Shown: positions 6,871 through 15,351 of the stretch, piece after piece
Layout: every line of letters begins with the position of its first letter
Numbering within the stretch: the first letter of the stretch is position 1
Position numbers and translations under genes: made by a program
Sequence record: SRR22947727_1292
Direction: 5' to 3' (one strand)
Length of the DNA: 20,000 bases
Notes under the pieces: model-generated
Told to the model about the DNA's origin: nothing
Seen by the model: only the letters and a program-made list of their open reading frames with translations
Databases searched by the model: none

Positions 6871-8328
6871 ATGATCAAGACCAACTTTTCGCTACGCTCG
6901 CGCATATTTATCTCCATGATAGTCCTGGTGCTTTTGGCCTCGGTACTGATTGCAGGAATCACTATTTACCAGTATTCCGAACAGGCCAAGGACTACCACG
7001 CAGACCGGTTAGAACGAAAAGAAGAACAGCTCAAACGCAGTCTTTGGTACACCCTTCAGGAAAGTCCTTTGGTACAGAACAAAGCCAATGTGTCGCCTAT
7101 TTTTAGCGAATCGCTCTTTGCCATATCGGACGTTCAAAACGTTAATTTTAGTCTTTACGATTTAGACGGCGCGTTTATTCAAACCGCCAATCCTACCGCA
7201 GGACCAGTGGAAGCCGCTGCAAGCCTGTCCGCAGATATTTTAAAAAACCTCAAGCAAAACAAGCGATGGGTGGTGACCAAAAGCGAGGGGAATGTGACTT
7301 TTTTGGCCGCCTATTCCTATGTGTATGACCTGGACCAAAAACCGCTGACCATTTTGTACCTGCCTTATTATGAAGACAATTCCTTTAACCAAAAAGAGTT
7401 GGAAGAATTTCTTTTCAGACTCTCCGGAGTGTATTTACTCATGTTGGCGGTGGCCATTATTCTGGCCTATCTAATCTCTACCTATATTACACGCTCCTTA
7501 AAAACCATCTCAGACAAGCTGTCCCAAACCGGTTTAGAGAAACAAAATATTAAGATAGAAGTCCCGCAATCGTCCGAGGAGATTGGTAAAATCATAGAAT
7601 CCTATAACGGGATGATAGACCAATTGGAACAGTCTGCCGTAGCCCTAGCCAAATCCGAACGCGAGCAAGCCTGGCAGGAAATGGCCAAACAAGTGGCCCA
7701 TGAAATTAAAAACCCCCTCACCCCCATGCGCCTCAATGTGCAGCTTTTTGAACAGCAATTTAAAGCCGCAGACCCAGAGGCCAAAGAGAAACTCCAAGCA
7801 CACTCTGCAGCACTTTTAGAACAGATAGACACCCTGAGCAATATAGCCACCGCCTTTGCAACTTTTGCCCAATTGCCCGCCCAACAAAAAGAATCCCTTG
7901 AATTTGAAAAAGTCGTGGGTCTAGCCATATCCCTATTTAACGAATCCTATATTGCATACGCAGCTCCCACAAAACCCATCAAGGTAAAACTGGACCGCAC
8001 CCAACTCATTCGGGTAGTGACCAACCTATTAAAAAACGCCATTCAATCTGTTCCAGAAGACCGCATACCTGCCATTGTGGTCAAAGTATCAGAGACATCT
8101 ACTGTAGTAAGCCTAGAAGTATCCGACAACGGAATAGGCATAGCCCCAGAAATCCAAGAAAAAATATTTGAACCCAAATTCACCACCAAAGGATCCGGAA
8201 TGGGCCTTGGCTTAGGTATGGTAAAGAGTATTGTAGAAAGTTACGGCGGCCGCATTAGCCTGGAAAGCGAAGTGGGTAAAGGCAGTAAATTCAAGGTTTT
8301 TTTACCTAAAACCACCCCTGAAAAATAA
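6871..8328 (+). CDS. Membrane sensor histidine kinase (2 TM, HAMP, HisKA, HATPase_c; NtrY-like H box)
   Basis: AWQEMAKQVAHEIKNPLTP (H box), NLLKNA (N), DNGIGI (G1), FEPKFTTK (F), GMGLGL (G2). Confidence 0.94.
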   Translation: MIKTNFSLRSRIFISMIVLVLLASVLIAGITIYQYSEQAKDYHADRLERKEEQLKRSLWYTLQESPLVQNKANVSPIFSESLFAISDVQNVNFSLYDLDGAFIQTANPTAGPVEAAASLSADILKNLKQNKRWVVTKSEGNVTFLAAYSYVYDLDQKPLTILYLPYYEDNSFNQKELEEFLFRLSGVYLLMLAVAIILAYLISTYITRSLKTISDKLSQTGLEKQNIKIEVPQSSEEIGKIIESYNGMIDQLEQSAVALAKSEREQAWQEMAKQVAHEIKNPLTPMRLNVQLFEQQFKAADPEAKEKLQAHSAALLEQIDTLSNIATAFATFAQLPAQQKESLEFEKVVGLAISLFNESYIAYAAPTKPIKVKLDRTQLIRVVTNLLKNAIQSVPEDRIPAIVVKVSETSTVVSLEVSDNGIGIAPEIQEKIFEPKFTTKGSGMGLGLGMVKSIVESYGGRISLESEVGKGSKFKVFLPKTTPEK

Positions 8329-8365
8329 GACTCTGGAAAACCACCTCTGAAAGATAATACTATGG
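8308..8365 (+). repeat. 29-bp tandem duplication spanning the kinase stop and the hydratase start
   Basis: AAAACCACCCCTGAAAAATAAGACTCTGG (8308-8336) vs AAAACCACCTCTGAAAGATAATACTATGG (8337-8365), 25/29 identical. Confidence 0.85.
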
Positions 8366-9141
8366 AAAATCACCTCATCATTGAAAAAAAAGGCGCTATT
8401 GGTATTATAGCCATAGACAGACCTGCCAAATTAAACGCCCTAAACAAAGAAGTGATTGACCAACTATCTATTGCTTTTAAAAACCTTTTTGAAGACCACA
8501 ATATTCGCGCAATCATTCTCACGGGAACAGGAGAAAAGGCCTTTGTGGCTGGCGCCGATATTGCAGCCTTTTCCCAATTCACCCCCAGCCAGGGTGCCGC
8601 ACTTGCCCGAGAGGGGCAGGACCAATTGTTTCATTTCATTGAGCAAGGCCCAAAACCTGTCATAGCTGCAGTAAACGGTTACGCACTAGGAGGCGGTCTA
8701 GAATTGGCCATGGCATGCCACATCAGAATAGCCTCTGAAAATGCCCAAATGGGTCTTCCAGAAGTTTCACTGGGTCTTATCCCAGGCTATGGAGGCACCC
8801 AAAGACTCCCCCAGCTTATTGGCAAAGGCCGTGCAAACGAACTTATTTTCTCTGCTCAAATGATCCCTGCCACCAAAGCCCAAGACTACGGTTTGGTCAA
8901 TAAGGTAGTACCTCTTGACCAGCTCATGGAAACCGCTGAATCTCTAGCCACCAAAATAGCCCAGCAATCTCCCACCGCCATACGTGCCGCCATTGCAGCC
9001 GTAAACGCAGGACTAGATCCTGATAAAAATGGTTATGAAACAGAAATTCAGCACTTTGGCGCATGCTTTGGCACCCCAGACTTTACAGAGGGTACCGCTG
9101 CCTTTCTAGAAAAAAGAAAAGCACAGTTTAAGGGGGCATAG
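8362..9141 (+). CDS. Enoyl-CoA hydratase/isomerase (crotonase family)
   Basis: RPAKLNAL, AFVAGADI, AAVNGYALGGGLELAMAC, GLPEVSLGLIPGYGGTQRL; both catalytic Glu residues present. Confidence 0.95.
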   Translation: MENHLIIEKKGAIGIIAIDRPAKLNALNKEVIDQLSIAFKNLFEDHNIRAIILTGTGEKAFVAGADIAAFSQFTPSQGAALAREGQDQLFHFIEQGPKPVIAAVNGYALGGGLELAMACHIRIASENAQMGLPEVSLGLIPGYGGTQRLPQLIGKGRANELIFSAQMIPATKAQDYGLVNKVVPLDQLMETAESLATKIAQQSPTAIRAAIAAVNAGLDPDKNGYETEIQHFGACFGTPDFTEGTAAFLEKRKAQFKGA

Positions 9142-9171
9142 TGTTTGTTGAGACCTAAAGCAGTTGCTGCT

Positions 9172-9209
9172 ACAAAAAAGGGGAGGTTGTTAGACTTCCC
9201 CTTTTTTGT
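9172..9209. terminator. Bidirectional intrinsic terminator between the convergent hydratase and hemJ genes, overlapping the hemJ 3' end
   Basis: ACAAAAAAGGGGAGGT-tgttag-ACTTCCCCTTTTTTGT: 16-bp stem with one G.T pair and a T6 tract on both strands. Confidence 0.8.
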
Positions 9210-9759
9210 TGCGGTATTTTTTGTAGGCCCTTATGCCGAGCATGAGGAGGAGGGCGAGGCCGAGCAGGCCTGCGAGGCCAAAGATCCAGCCTATGGTGTT
9301 GCGGAGGATCACTAAAAAGATGATGGCGAATAGTAAGATGGTGGCGCCTTCATTCCAAATGCGCATAAAGGTGGCGGTGTAGCGGGGGCGTACTTGGCCG
9401 CGTTGGAGTTCGCGCACCATTTGGTGGCATTTGAGGTGGTATAGCCATAGGAGGACTACAAAGAAGAGTTTGAGGTGCATCCACCCTTGGGTGAGGAAAA
9501 TGGGTTGGAGGTAGAGGAGCCACAAGGCAAAAGCGGTCGCTAATATGGCGGAGGGCCAAGTAATGATATTCCACAGGCGGCGGGTCATGAGCTGCAGCTG
9601 CGGCACTATGTAGGCCTGGGCTGCTGCGGGTTTGTCTAGGGCCTCTATATGGTAGACAAAGAGGCGGGGAATATAGAAAAGCCCTGCGAACCAAGTGATC
9701 ACGAAGATCAGGTGCAGGGCTTTTATAAGTAAGTATGTGTCTAAGGTGTCTAGGATCAT
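9190..9759 (-). CDS. hemJ: Protoporphyrinogen IX oxidase HemJ (CopD/UPF0093 family)
   Basis: YLLIKALHLIFVITWFAGLFYIPRLFVYH, RRLWNIITWP, GWMHLKL, RIWNE motifs. ATG 9759 preferred over TTG 9777 because a -7 element lies between them. Confidence 0.9.
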   Translation of the reverse strand: MILDTLDTYLLIKALHLIFVITWFAGLFYIPRLFVYHIEALDKPAAAQAYIVPQLQLMTRRLWNIITWPSAILATAFALWLLYLQPIFLTQGWMHLKLFFVVLLWLYHLKCHQMVRELQRGQVRPRYTATFMRIWNEGATILLFAIIFLVILRNTIGWIFGLAGLLGLALLLMLGIRAYKKYRNKKGEV

Positions 9760-9764
9760 AGACA

Positions 9765-9772
9765 CAAAAATA
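9765..9772 (-). promoter_or_regulatory. Bacteroidota -7 element (TATTTTTG) for hemJ
   Basis: Exact TAnnTTTG match ending 5 nt before ATG 9759. Confidence 0.6.
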
Positions 9773-9777
9773 ATCAA

Positions 9778-12700
9778 TTATTCTTTGTCATCGGCTACCG
9801 ATAAAAAGGGCAGTCCTTTGGCGGTGAATGCCGCGTTAAAGGCTTCTAATTGCTCGGAAATGCTTTGGTTAAATGCTGCCAATTGCACGGCAATGGCTGC
9901 AGTGAGCTCCTGTCTTACCGCCTCGTCTTGCTCCGTGGGAGCAAAGTCATCTAGACCCACCAATGAATTCAAGTGGCCCAATTTGTTGGTGAGGCGTATG
10001 GGGAAGTTCAAGGGATCTTGTCCAGACCTGTTCTGGGTCTGGTACAAGGCTTTCTCTACCGTTTCTAAACCCACTTTCATGTCCTTGGCCATGCTGTGTA
10101 GATCACTTACAGCACTGTCTCCCTTGTATTTCTTCATAAAGGCAGACAGCTTGGCGTTCACATCGCGGATATTTTTGATGGCGTCGTGGGCGTCGTTTAT
10201 GGTTGTGTTTACTTTGGTAATAAAGTCGTATTGCGCCTGCATGTCTGCTACGCTGGCTTCTGCACGAGGGTCTGCTAAAATACTAAAGTCATGGGTGGCT
10301 ATGGTCTGGTCTCCCACACTCATAGACACCTTGTAAGCGCCCGGAACCGCTTTGGGGCCATCTAGGTTAGCCCACCATAAGATCATTCCTTCTAAACGCT
10401 CTGCGCCCGTCCCTCTAGTATCCCACACAAAAGTGTTGGCTCCTTTGTCTAGGGCCAGCTTTTTACTGCGCTCCTTGGCTTTATTGCTATAGCTGGCCAG
10501 CACTTCTCCAGCGGCATTGTGGTAATTTAACACCACCGAGTCTTGCTCCATCCCCTCTGGAAGGTAAAAGTGTGTAATGACCCCGTTGGGCAGGTTAGTT
10601 CCCGCTGTTAGTGAAGTCCTTCCGCCACGACCTTTGGTCCTATAAGCGTCTTTTGGATCGAACAAACGGGCGGTTTTGGCGCTGGTATTTCCGGCAGCCA
10701 ATAGCTGATGCAGCACCGTGAGGTCATCTATCATCCAAAGGGATCTTCCCTGTGTGGCCACAATAAGGGCGTTGTCCTTAACGGCCAAATCTGTGATGGG
10801 CACCAAAGGTAGGTTATTTTGGAAAGCTTCCCATGAAGCTCCGTCGTTATAAGACACGTACATGCCGTTTTCTGTTCCGGCATACAACAAGCCTTTCACG
10901 GCTGGGTCTTCTCTGAGCACTCTGGTGAAATGCTCGTTGGGAATGCCCTTGGTAATAGTGGTCCAGGTCTTTCCGTAGTCTGCTGTCTTGTATAAATAAG
11001 GGGTAAAATCTCCTGACTTATAAGACGTAGCGGCTATATAACAAACCGCTGGGTCAAAGGCAGAAGGTTCTACCGAATTGACCATGGCCCAGGTAGGCAT
11101 TTGCTTGGGGGTAATATTGTTCCAAGTGGCGCCGCCGTCTTGGGTGAGGTGCACGAGGCCGTCGTCTGAGCCCACCCACAATTCACCTTCTTTTAAGGGA
11201 CTTTCTGCTGCAGCAAAAATAGTGGCGTAATACTCTACTCCGGTATTGTCTTGGGTAATAGGCCCTCCAGAAGACACCAATTTAGTAGGGTCATTTCTAG
11301 TGAGGTCTGGACTTAAGATCTCCCAGCTTTGCCCCTCGTTGGTGGTGGCGTGTACATGCTGAGAAAAAGTGTATAATTTGTCTGGGTTGTGCTTAGAGAA
11401 AATAATGGGAAAGTTCCATTGGAAACGGTATTTCATACCTTCTGCCCCATAACCCATTGGGTTGTCTGGCCACACATTAATTCCTCTAGTCGTTCCTGTT
11501 TTGTGGTTCACACGGGTGAGGAAACCGCCGTAACTACCGCCATATACAATGTCGTTGTTTTTTGGGTCTACGGCAATATGCGCAGACTCTCCTCCAGCCG
11601 TTTCTTCCCAATCAGATTCTGAAATACTCCCCCCGTCTGAGCGGTGTTTTATCCGCTGGGTAGAGTTGTCTTGCTGGGCCACATAAATTCTATAAGGGAA
11701 ACTGTTGTCTGTAGTAACCCTGTAATACTGGGCCGTTGGCTGGTTGTGGTAGGTACTCCAGCTGGCGCCGCCGTCTAGGGAGACCTGAGCACCACCGTCG
11801 TCTGCCATGATCATTCTTTGGTTGTCTTCTGGAGCAATCCATAAATCGTGGTGGTCTCCATGGGGCGCGTTGGCCGTTTCAAAAGACTTTCCGCCGTCTG
11901 TACTCTTGTGGTAACGCACATTGAGCACATAGAGCCCGTCTGCATCCTGACTGTCTGCGTATAGTCTGGTGTAGTACCAGGCACGCTGGCGTAATTTACG
12001 CTCGTCATTTATTTTGTTCCAAGTAGCCCCACCGTCTTCTGAACGGTACAAACCACCCTGGTCTTTATTTTCTACCATGGCCCAAATGCGGTCTGCCTTT
12101 ACTGGAGAGGCTGCAATACCCATAATCCCAAGCGTGCCTTTGGCGAAGCCTTTATTGGTAGAGAGCTCCGTCCAGCTTTCTCCTTCATCTGTACTTTTCC
12201 ACACCTTGGACCCTTCTCCTCCTGAATTAAGGGAATAAGGGGTTCTGTTCACCCGCCAAGTAGTAGCATACAACACCCTAGCATTGTTAGGATCTATGAT
12301 TAAATCTACCGCCCCAGCGTTGGCATTGGCAAACAAGGTACGTCTCCAGCTCTTCCCGCCGTCTGTACTCTTGTACACCCCACGCTCCTGGGTGGGCTTG
12401 TATATATTGCCCAATACGGCTGCATAAACCACATCTGGATTGGTGGGGTGAATACGCACCCTAGGAATGTGCCTACTCTCTGGGAGGCCAATGAAATTCC
12501 AAGTCTTTCCGGCGTCTATACTCTTGTACATGCCGCTTCCGGAAGAGACATTCCCCCTAAGGGTCACTTCTCCACCGCCCACATAAATGACGTTAGGATC
12601 TGAAGGGGCTACGGCAACTGCGCCAATACTCCCGCCAAAGAAACCGTCTGATATATTTTTCCAAGTGGTTCCTGCGTTGTCTGTTTTCCAAACCCCACCA

Positions 12701-12921
12701 CCGGTAGCGCCCATATAAAATAGATTGGGTTGTCCTGGCACCCCTGTTACGGCAGCAGAACGTCCGCCCCTAAAAGGGCCCAGCTCTCTGTATTCAATGC
12801 CTTTGACCAGCTCCGGTGCAATGGCAGGGGCTGCGGCTTTATTTCTTCTTTGTGCTTGAGTGTTCTGGGGACTCAAAACCAAGGCCAAAAGCCATAGACT
12901 GAGTAGGAAATAGTTTTTCAT
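9778..12921 (-). CDS. Exported BNR/Asp-box repeat beta-propeller protein (VPS10/sortilin-like, often annotated as glycosyl hydrolase)
   Basis: 1047 aa with a signal peptide, GPFRGGRS N-terminal motif, about 11 Asp-box motifs (e.g. KSIDAGKTW, KSTDGGKSW, RSEDGGATW, KTADYGKTW) and a helical C-terminus. Confidence 0.88.
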   Translation of the reverse strand: MKNYFLLSLWLLALVLSPQNTQAQRRNKAAAPAIAPELVKGIEYRELGPFRGGRSAAVTGVPGQPNLFYMGATGGGVWKTDNAGTTWKNISDGFFGGSIGAVAVAPSDPNVIYVGGGEVTLRGNVSSGSGMYKSIDAGKTWNFIGLPESRHIPRVRIHPTNPDVVYAAVLGNIYKPTQERGVYKSTDGGKSWRRTLFANANAGAVDLIIDPNNARVLYATTWRVNRTPYSLNSGGEGSKVWKSTDEGESWTELSTNKGFAKGTLGIMGIAASPVKADRIWAMVENKDQGGLYRSEDGGATWNKINDERKLRQRAWYYTRLYADSQDADGLYVLNVRYHKSTDGGKSFETANAPHGDHHDLWIAPEDNQRMIMADDGGAQVSLDGGASWSTYHNQPTAQYYRVTTDNSFPYRIYVAQQDNSTQRIKHRSDGGSISESDWEETAGGESAHIAVDPKNNDIVYGGSYGGFLTRVNHKTGTTRGINVWPDNPMGYGAEGMKYRFQWNFPIIFSKHNPDKLYTFSQHVHATTNEGQSWEILSPDLTRNDPTKLVSSGGPITQDNTGVEYYATIFAAAESPLKEGELWVGSDDGLVHLTQDGGATWNNITPKQMPTWAMVNSVEPSAFDPAVCYIAATSYKSGDFTPYLYKTADYGKTWTTITKGIPNEHFTRVLREDPAVKGLLYAGTENGMYVSYNDGASWEAFQNNLPLVPITDLAVKDNALIVATQGRSLWMIDDLTVLHQLLAAGNTSAKTARLFDPKDAYRTKGRGGRTSLTAGTNLPNGVITHFYLPEGMEQDSVVLNYHNAAGEVLASYSNKAKERSKKLALDKGANTFVWDTRGTGAERLEGMILWWANLDGPKAVPGAYKVSMSVGDQTIATHDFSILADPRAEASVADMQAQYDFITKVNTTINDAHDAIKNIRDVNAKLSAFMKKYKGDSAVSDLHSMAKDMKVGLETVEKALYQTQNRSGQDPLNFPIRLTNKLGHLNSLVGLDDFAPTEQDEAVRQELTAAIAVQLAAFNQSISEQLEAFNAAFTAKGLPFLSVADDKE

Positions 12922-12950
12922 GGATTCGTTGGTTTATTAAAGAACCTAAT

Positions 12951-14324
12951 TTACGAAAAAAACCGTTTAATTTCCCGCCTTAAAAAATAGCCCGTAATGA
13001 GGGTAGCCAAAACGTCAGAAACAGGAAAGGCCAGCCATACCCCAATGGTGCCCAACCACATAGGCAATAAGAATACCAGGGGAATAAACAGCAGTGCCTG
13101 ACGACTCAAAGTGAGTAAAAGGGCGGGAACGGCCTTACCAGCCGCCTGAAAATAGGCCGCCCCAATGAGTTGGAGTGCAATAATAGGGGTGGCGGCAAAT
13201 ACCCAGCGCATGGCAGCAGGCGTATTTTCTAAGACATAAGCGTTTAAGATCCTGGTCTCTGGATTCGCATTTTTAGAAGAGAGAAATAAAGCAGTAATGG
13301 ACTCTGGAAATACCATAAGGCCTATAAATACTAAGGTGGCTAGCGCAGACGAGTACAAGATAGCGGTATTGATACTCTCGCGAACGCGCTGCATATTTCC
13401 GGCTCCGTAGTTAAAGCCGGCAATGGGTAAAAACCCCTGGGTGACTCCAAAAACAGGAAATAAAGCAAACATAAGCATGCGCCCCACAATGGCATATACG
13501 GCCACCAAGGCTTCTCCGCCCATAGAGAATAATAAGCTATTCATGATTAGGTAAGTGATGGAAGTCGCGGCCTGTCTGGCTAGGGTCACAAAGCCCAAAG
13601 CCCCAATTTCTGAGACAATGGTTTTTTTAAAGATAAAATGCTTAAAACGCGGCTTTAACAAAGCGTTTTTAGACAAAAAGAAATACAAGATATATGGAAA
13701 ACAGAGTAAGTAGCTTCCGGTAGTGGCCCAGGCCGCTCCGGCCATACCCCAGTCAAAAACATAAATAAAAACATAATCCATGACTAAGTTTCCCACAGAG
13801 GTAATGATCATAGCCATCATGGCAAATTTGGGTTTCCCCTCTGCCCTAATAACGGTATTGCCCATCATAGTAATGGCTAAAAACGGCACTCCATAAAGTA
13901 CTATGGTATAATAGGTTTTGGCCAGCGGGTAAATTTGCCCTTGACCTCCAAAGGCAGGGATAATGCCCTCTATAAAATAGAGGCCTAGACTCACCATAAA
14001 CAGGGTGATAAGTACTGTAAGGGCTATTTGGTTGCCAAAAGTAGTGAAAGCCTTTTCGGTATCTCCTGCCCCTAAGGCACGGGAAATAATACTAGAACCG
14101 CCAATACCAATAGCCATCCCTAAAGCAGCAATAAAGAAAGAGACCGGCAGGACCACATTAATGGCCGCGATGCCCAAAGCCCCAATCCAGTTCCCTACAA
14201 AAATAGAGTCCACCAGTACATTGAGTGACATGACCAGAATCCCAATAGAAGCCGGCACCGCTTGCTTTACCAGCAGCGGGCCTATGGGCTGTGTGCCTAA
14301 AGCGGCCGCAGAAATTTTAGACAT
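12951..14324 (-). CDS. MATE-family efflux transporter (MepA-like)
   Basis: 457 aa, about 12 TM. Motifs VDSIFVGNWIG, ISRALGAGD, RAEGKPK, GMAGAAWAT, GFNYGAG, GVWLAFPVSD. Confidence 0.93.
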   Translation of the reverse strand: MSKISAAALGTQPIGPLLVKQAVPASIGILVMSLNVLVDSIFVGNWIGALGIAAINVVLPVSFFIAALGMAIGIGGSSIISRALGAGDTEKAFTTFGNQIALTVLITLFMVSLGLYFIEGIIPAFGGQGQIYPLAKTYYTIVLYGVPFLAITMMGNTVIRAEGKPKFAMMAMIITSVGNLVMDYVFIYVFDWGMAGAAWATTGSYLLCFPYILYFFLSKNALLKPRFKHFIFKKTIVSEIGALGFVTLARQAATSITYLIMNSLLFSMGGEALVAVYAIVGRMLMFALFPVFGVTQGFLPIAGFNYGAGNMQRVRESINTAILYSSALATLVFIGLMVFPESITALFLSSKNANPETRILNAYVLENTPAAMRWVFAATPIIALQLIGAAYFQAAGKAVPALLLTLSRQALLFIPLVFLLPMWLGTIGVWLAFPVSDVLATLITGYFLRREIKRFFS

Positions 14325-15351
14325 AAGGTAGTTCGCTGGTGGTTTCCCACTGCGTCACCCAATCTTTCATGAGCGCAACCCAGGCATCTGAGTCATTCAG
14401 GCAAGAGATGTGCTTAAAGCTTTCACCGCCTGCTTCCATAAATTCTTCTTCGCCCTCCATGGCAATTTCTTCCAAAGTCTCCAAACAATCGGAAACAAAT
14501 GCAGGGGTAATGACCGCCAATTTGGTCTTGCCTTCTTTGGCAAAACGCTCAAATTCATAGTCTGTATAAGGTTTTAACCATGGGTCTCCAGCCAACCTAG
14601 ATTGGAAAGAAAGGGCCACCTGCTCTTCTAGCAAGCCCAGGTATTCCCGGACCAATTTGGTAGTCTCATAGCACTGGTGCCTATAGCAAGTATGGTGGGC
14701 CACCGAGTTAATACTACAGCAGTTGCCATCTATAGCACAGTGAAACTTGGTAGGGTCTGATTTTCTAATATGACGCTCTGGAATTCCGTGGTAAGAAAAC
14801 AAGATCTGGTCGTAGTCAAAACCTTCCAATTGTTTTTTAATATGGTCTCCCAGTACTTTAATATAGTCTGGTTGTCTGTAAAAGGCTTGCAAGGTTTGCA
14901 CTTTCATCTCGGGAAAGTGCTTGCGTTGGTCTTCTAATACCTTCACTACCACGGTCTCAAAAGAGCTCATAGCGTATTGTGGGTATAGGGGCACCAAAAG
15001 CACCTCATCTACCCCCTTAGCGTCTAGCTCTGCCAAGGCATTTTTAATGCTCATGGAACCATAGCGCATGCCTAAGGCTACTGGCATGTCTAATTGGGCC
15101 GCCAATTTAGCGGTAAAACGCTCAGAGATCACCACCAATGGAGAACCTTCCTCCCACCAAATCTTGGCGTAAGCTTTGGCAGACTTTTTGGGCCTGGTTT
15201 GTAGTATAATTCCTTTAACCAAAAGCGTTCTAAGGGCTTTGGGTACATCTATGACCCTAGAATCCATTAAGAATTCTGCCAAATAAGGCTTTACGTCTTT
15301 TTTGGTAGGGGAATCTGGAGAACCTAAGTTTACGAGTAATAATCCTTTCAA
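14317..15351 (-). CDS. hemH: Protoporphyrin ferrochelatase
   Basis: LLVNLGSPDS, GMRYGS, PLYPQY, FSYHGIP, FQSR, WLKPYT, FVSDCLETLEEI, CLND. Probable start TTG at 15351 (M-KGLLLVNLG); the ORF is open to 15384. Confidence 0.95.
   Translation of the reverse strand: MKGLLLVNLGSPDSPTKKDVKPYLAEFLMDSRVIDVPKALRTLLVKGIILQTRPKKSAKAYAKIWWEEGSPLVVISERFTAKLAAQLDMPVALGMRYGSMSIKNALAELDAKGVDEVLLVPLYPQYAMSSFETVVVKVLEDQRKHFPEMKVQTLQAFYRQPDYIKVLGDHIKKQLEGFDYDQILFSYHGIPERHIRKSDPTKFHCAIDGNCCSINSVAHHTCYRHQCYETTKLVREYLGLLEEQVALSFQSRLAGDPWLKPYTDYEFERFAKEGKTKLAVITPAFVSDCLETLEEIAMEGEEEFMEAGGESFKHISCLNDSDAWVALMKDWVTQWETTSELPYV

Noticed and set aside
9350..9694. 114-aa Pro-rich alternative-frame ORF within hemJ
   Set aside because: Explained by the C-rich codon usage of hemJ; no independent coding evidence.
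9695..10336. 213-aa + strand ORF
   Set aside because: Antisense shadow of the VPS10 and hemJ genes with no recognisable motif.
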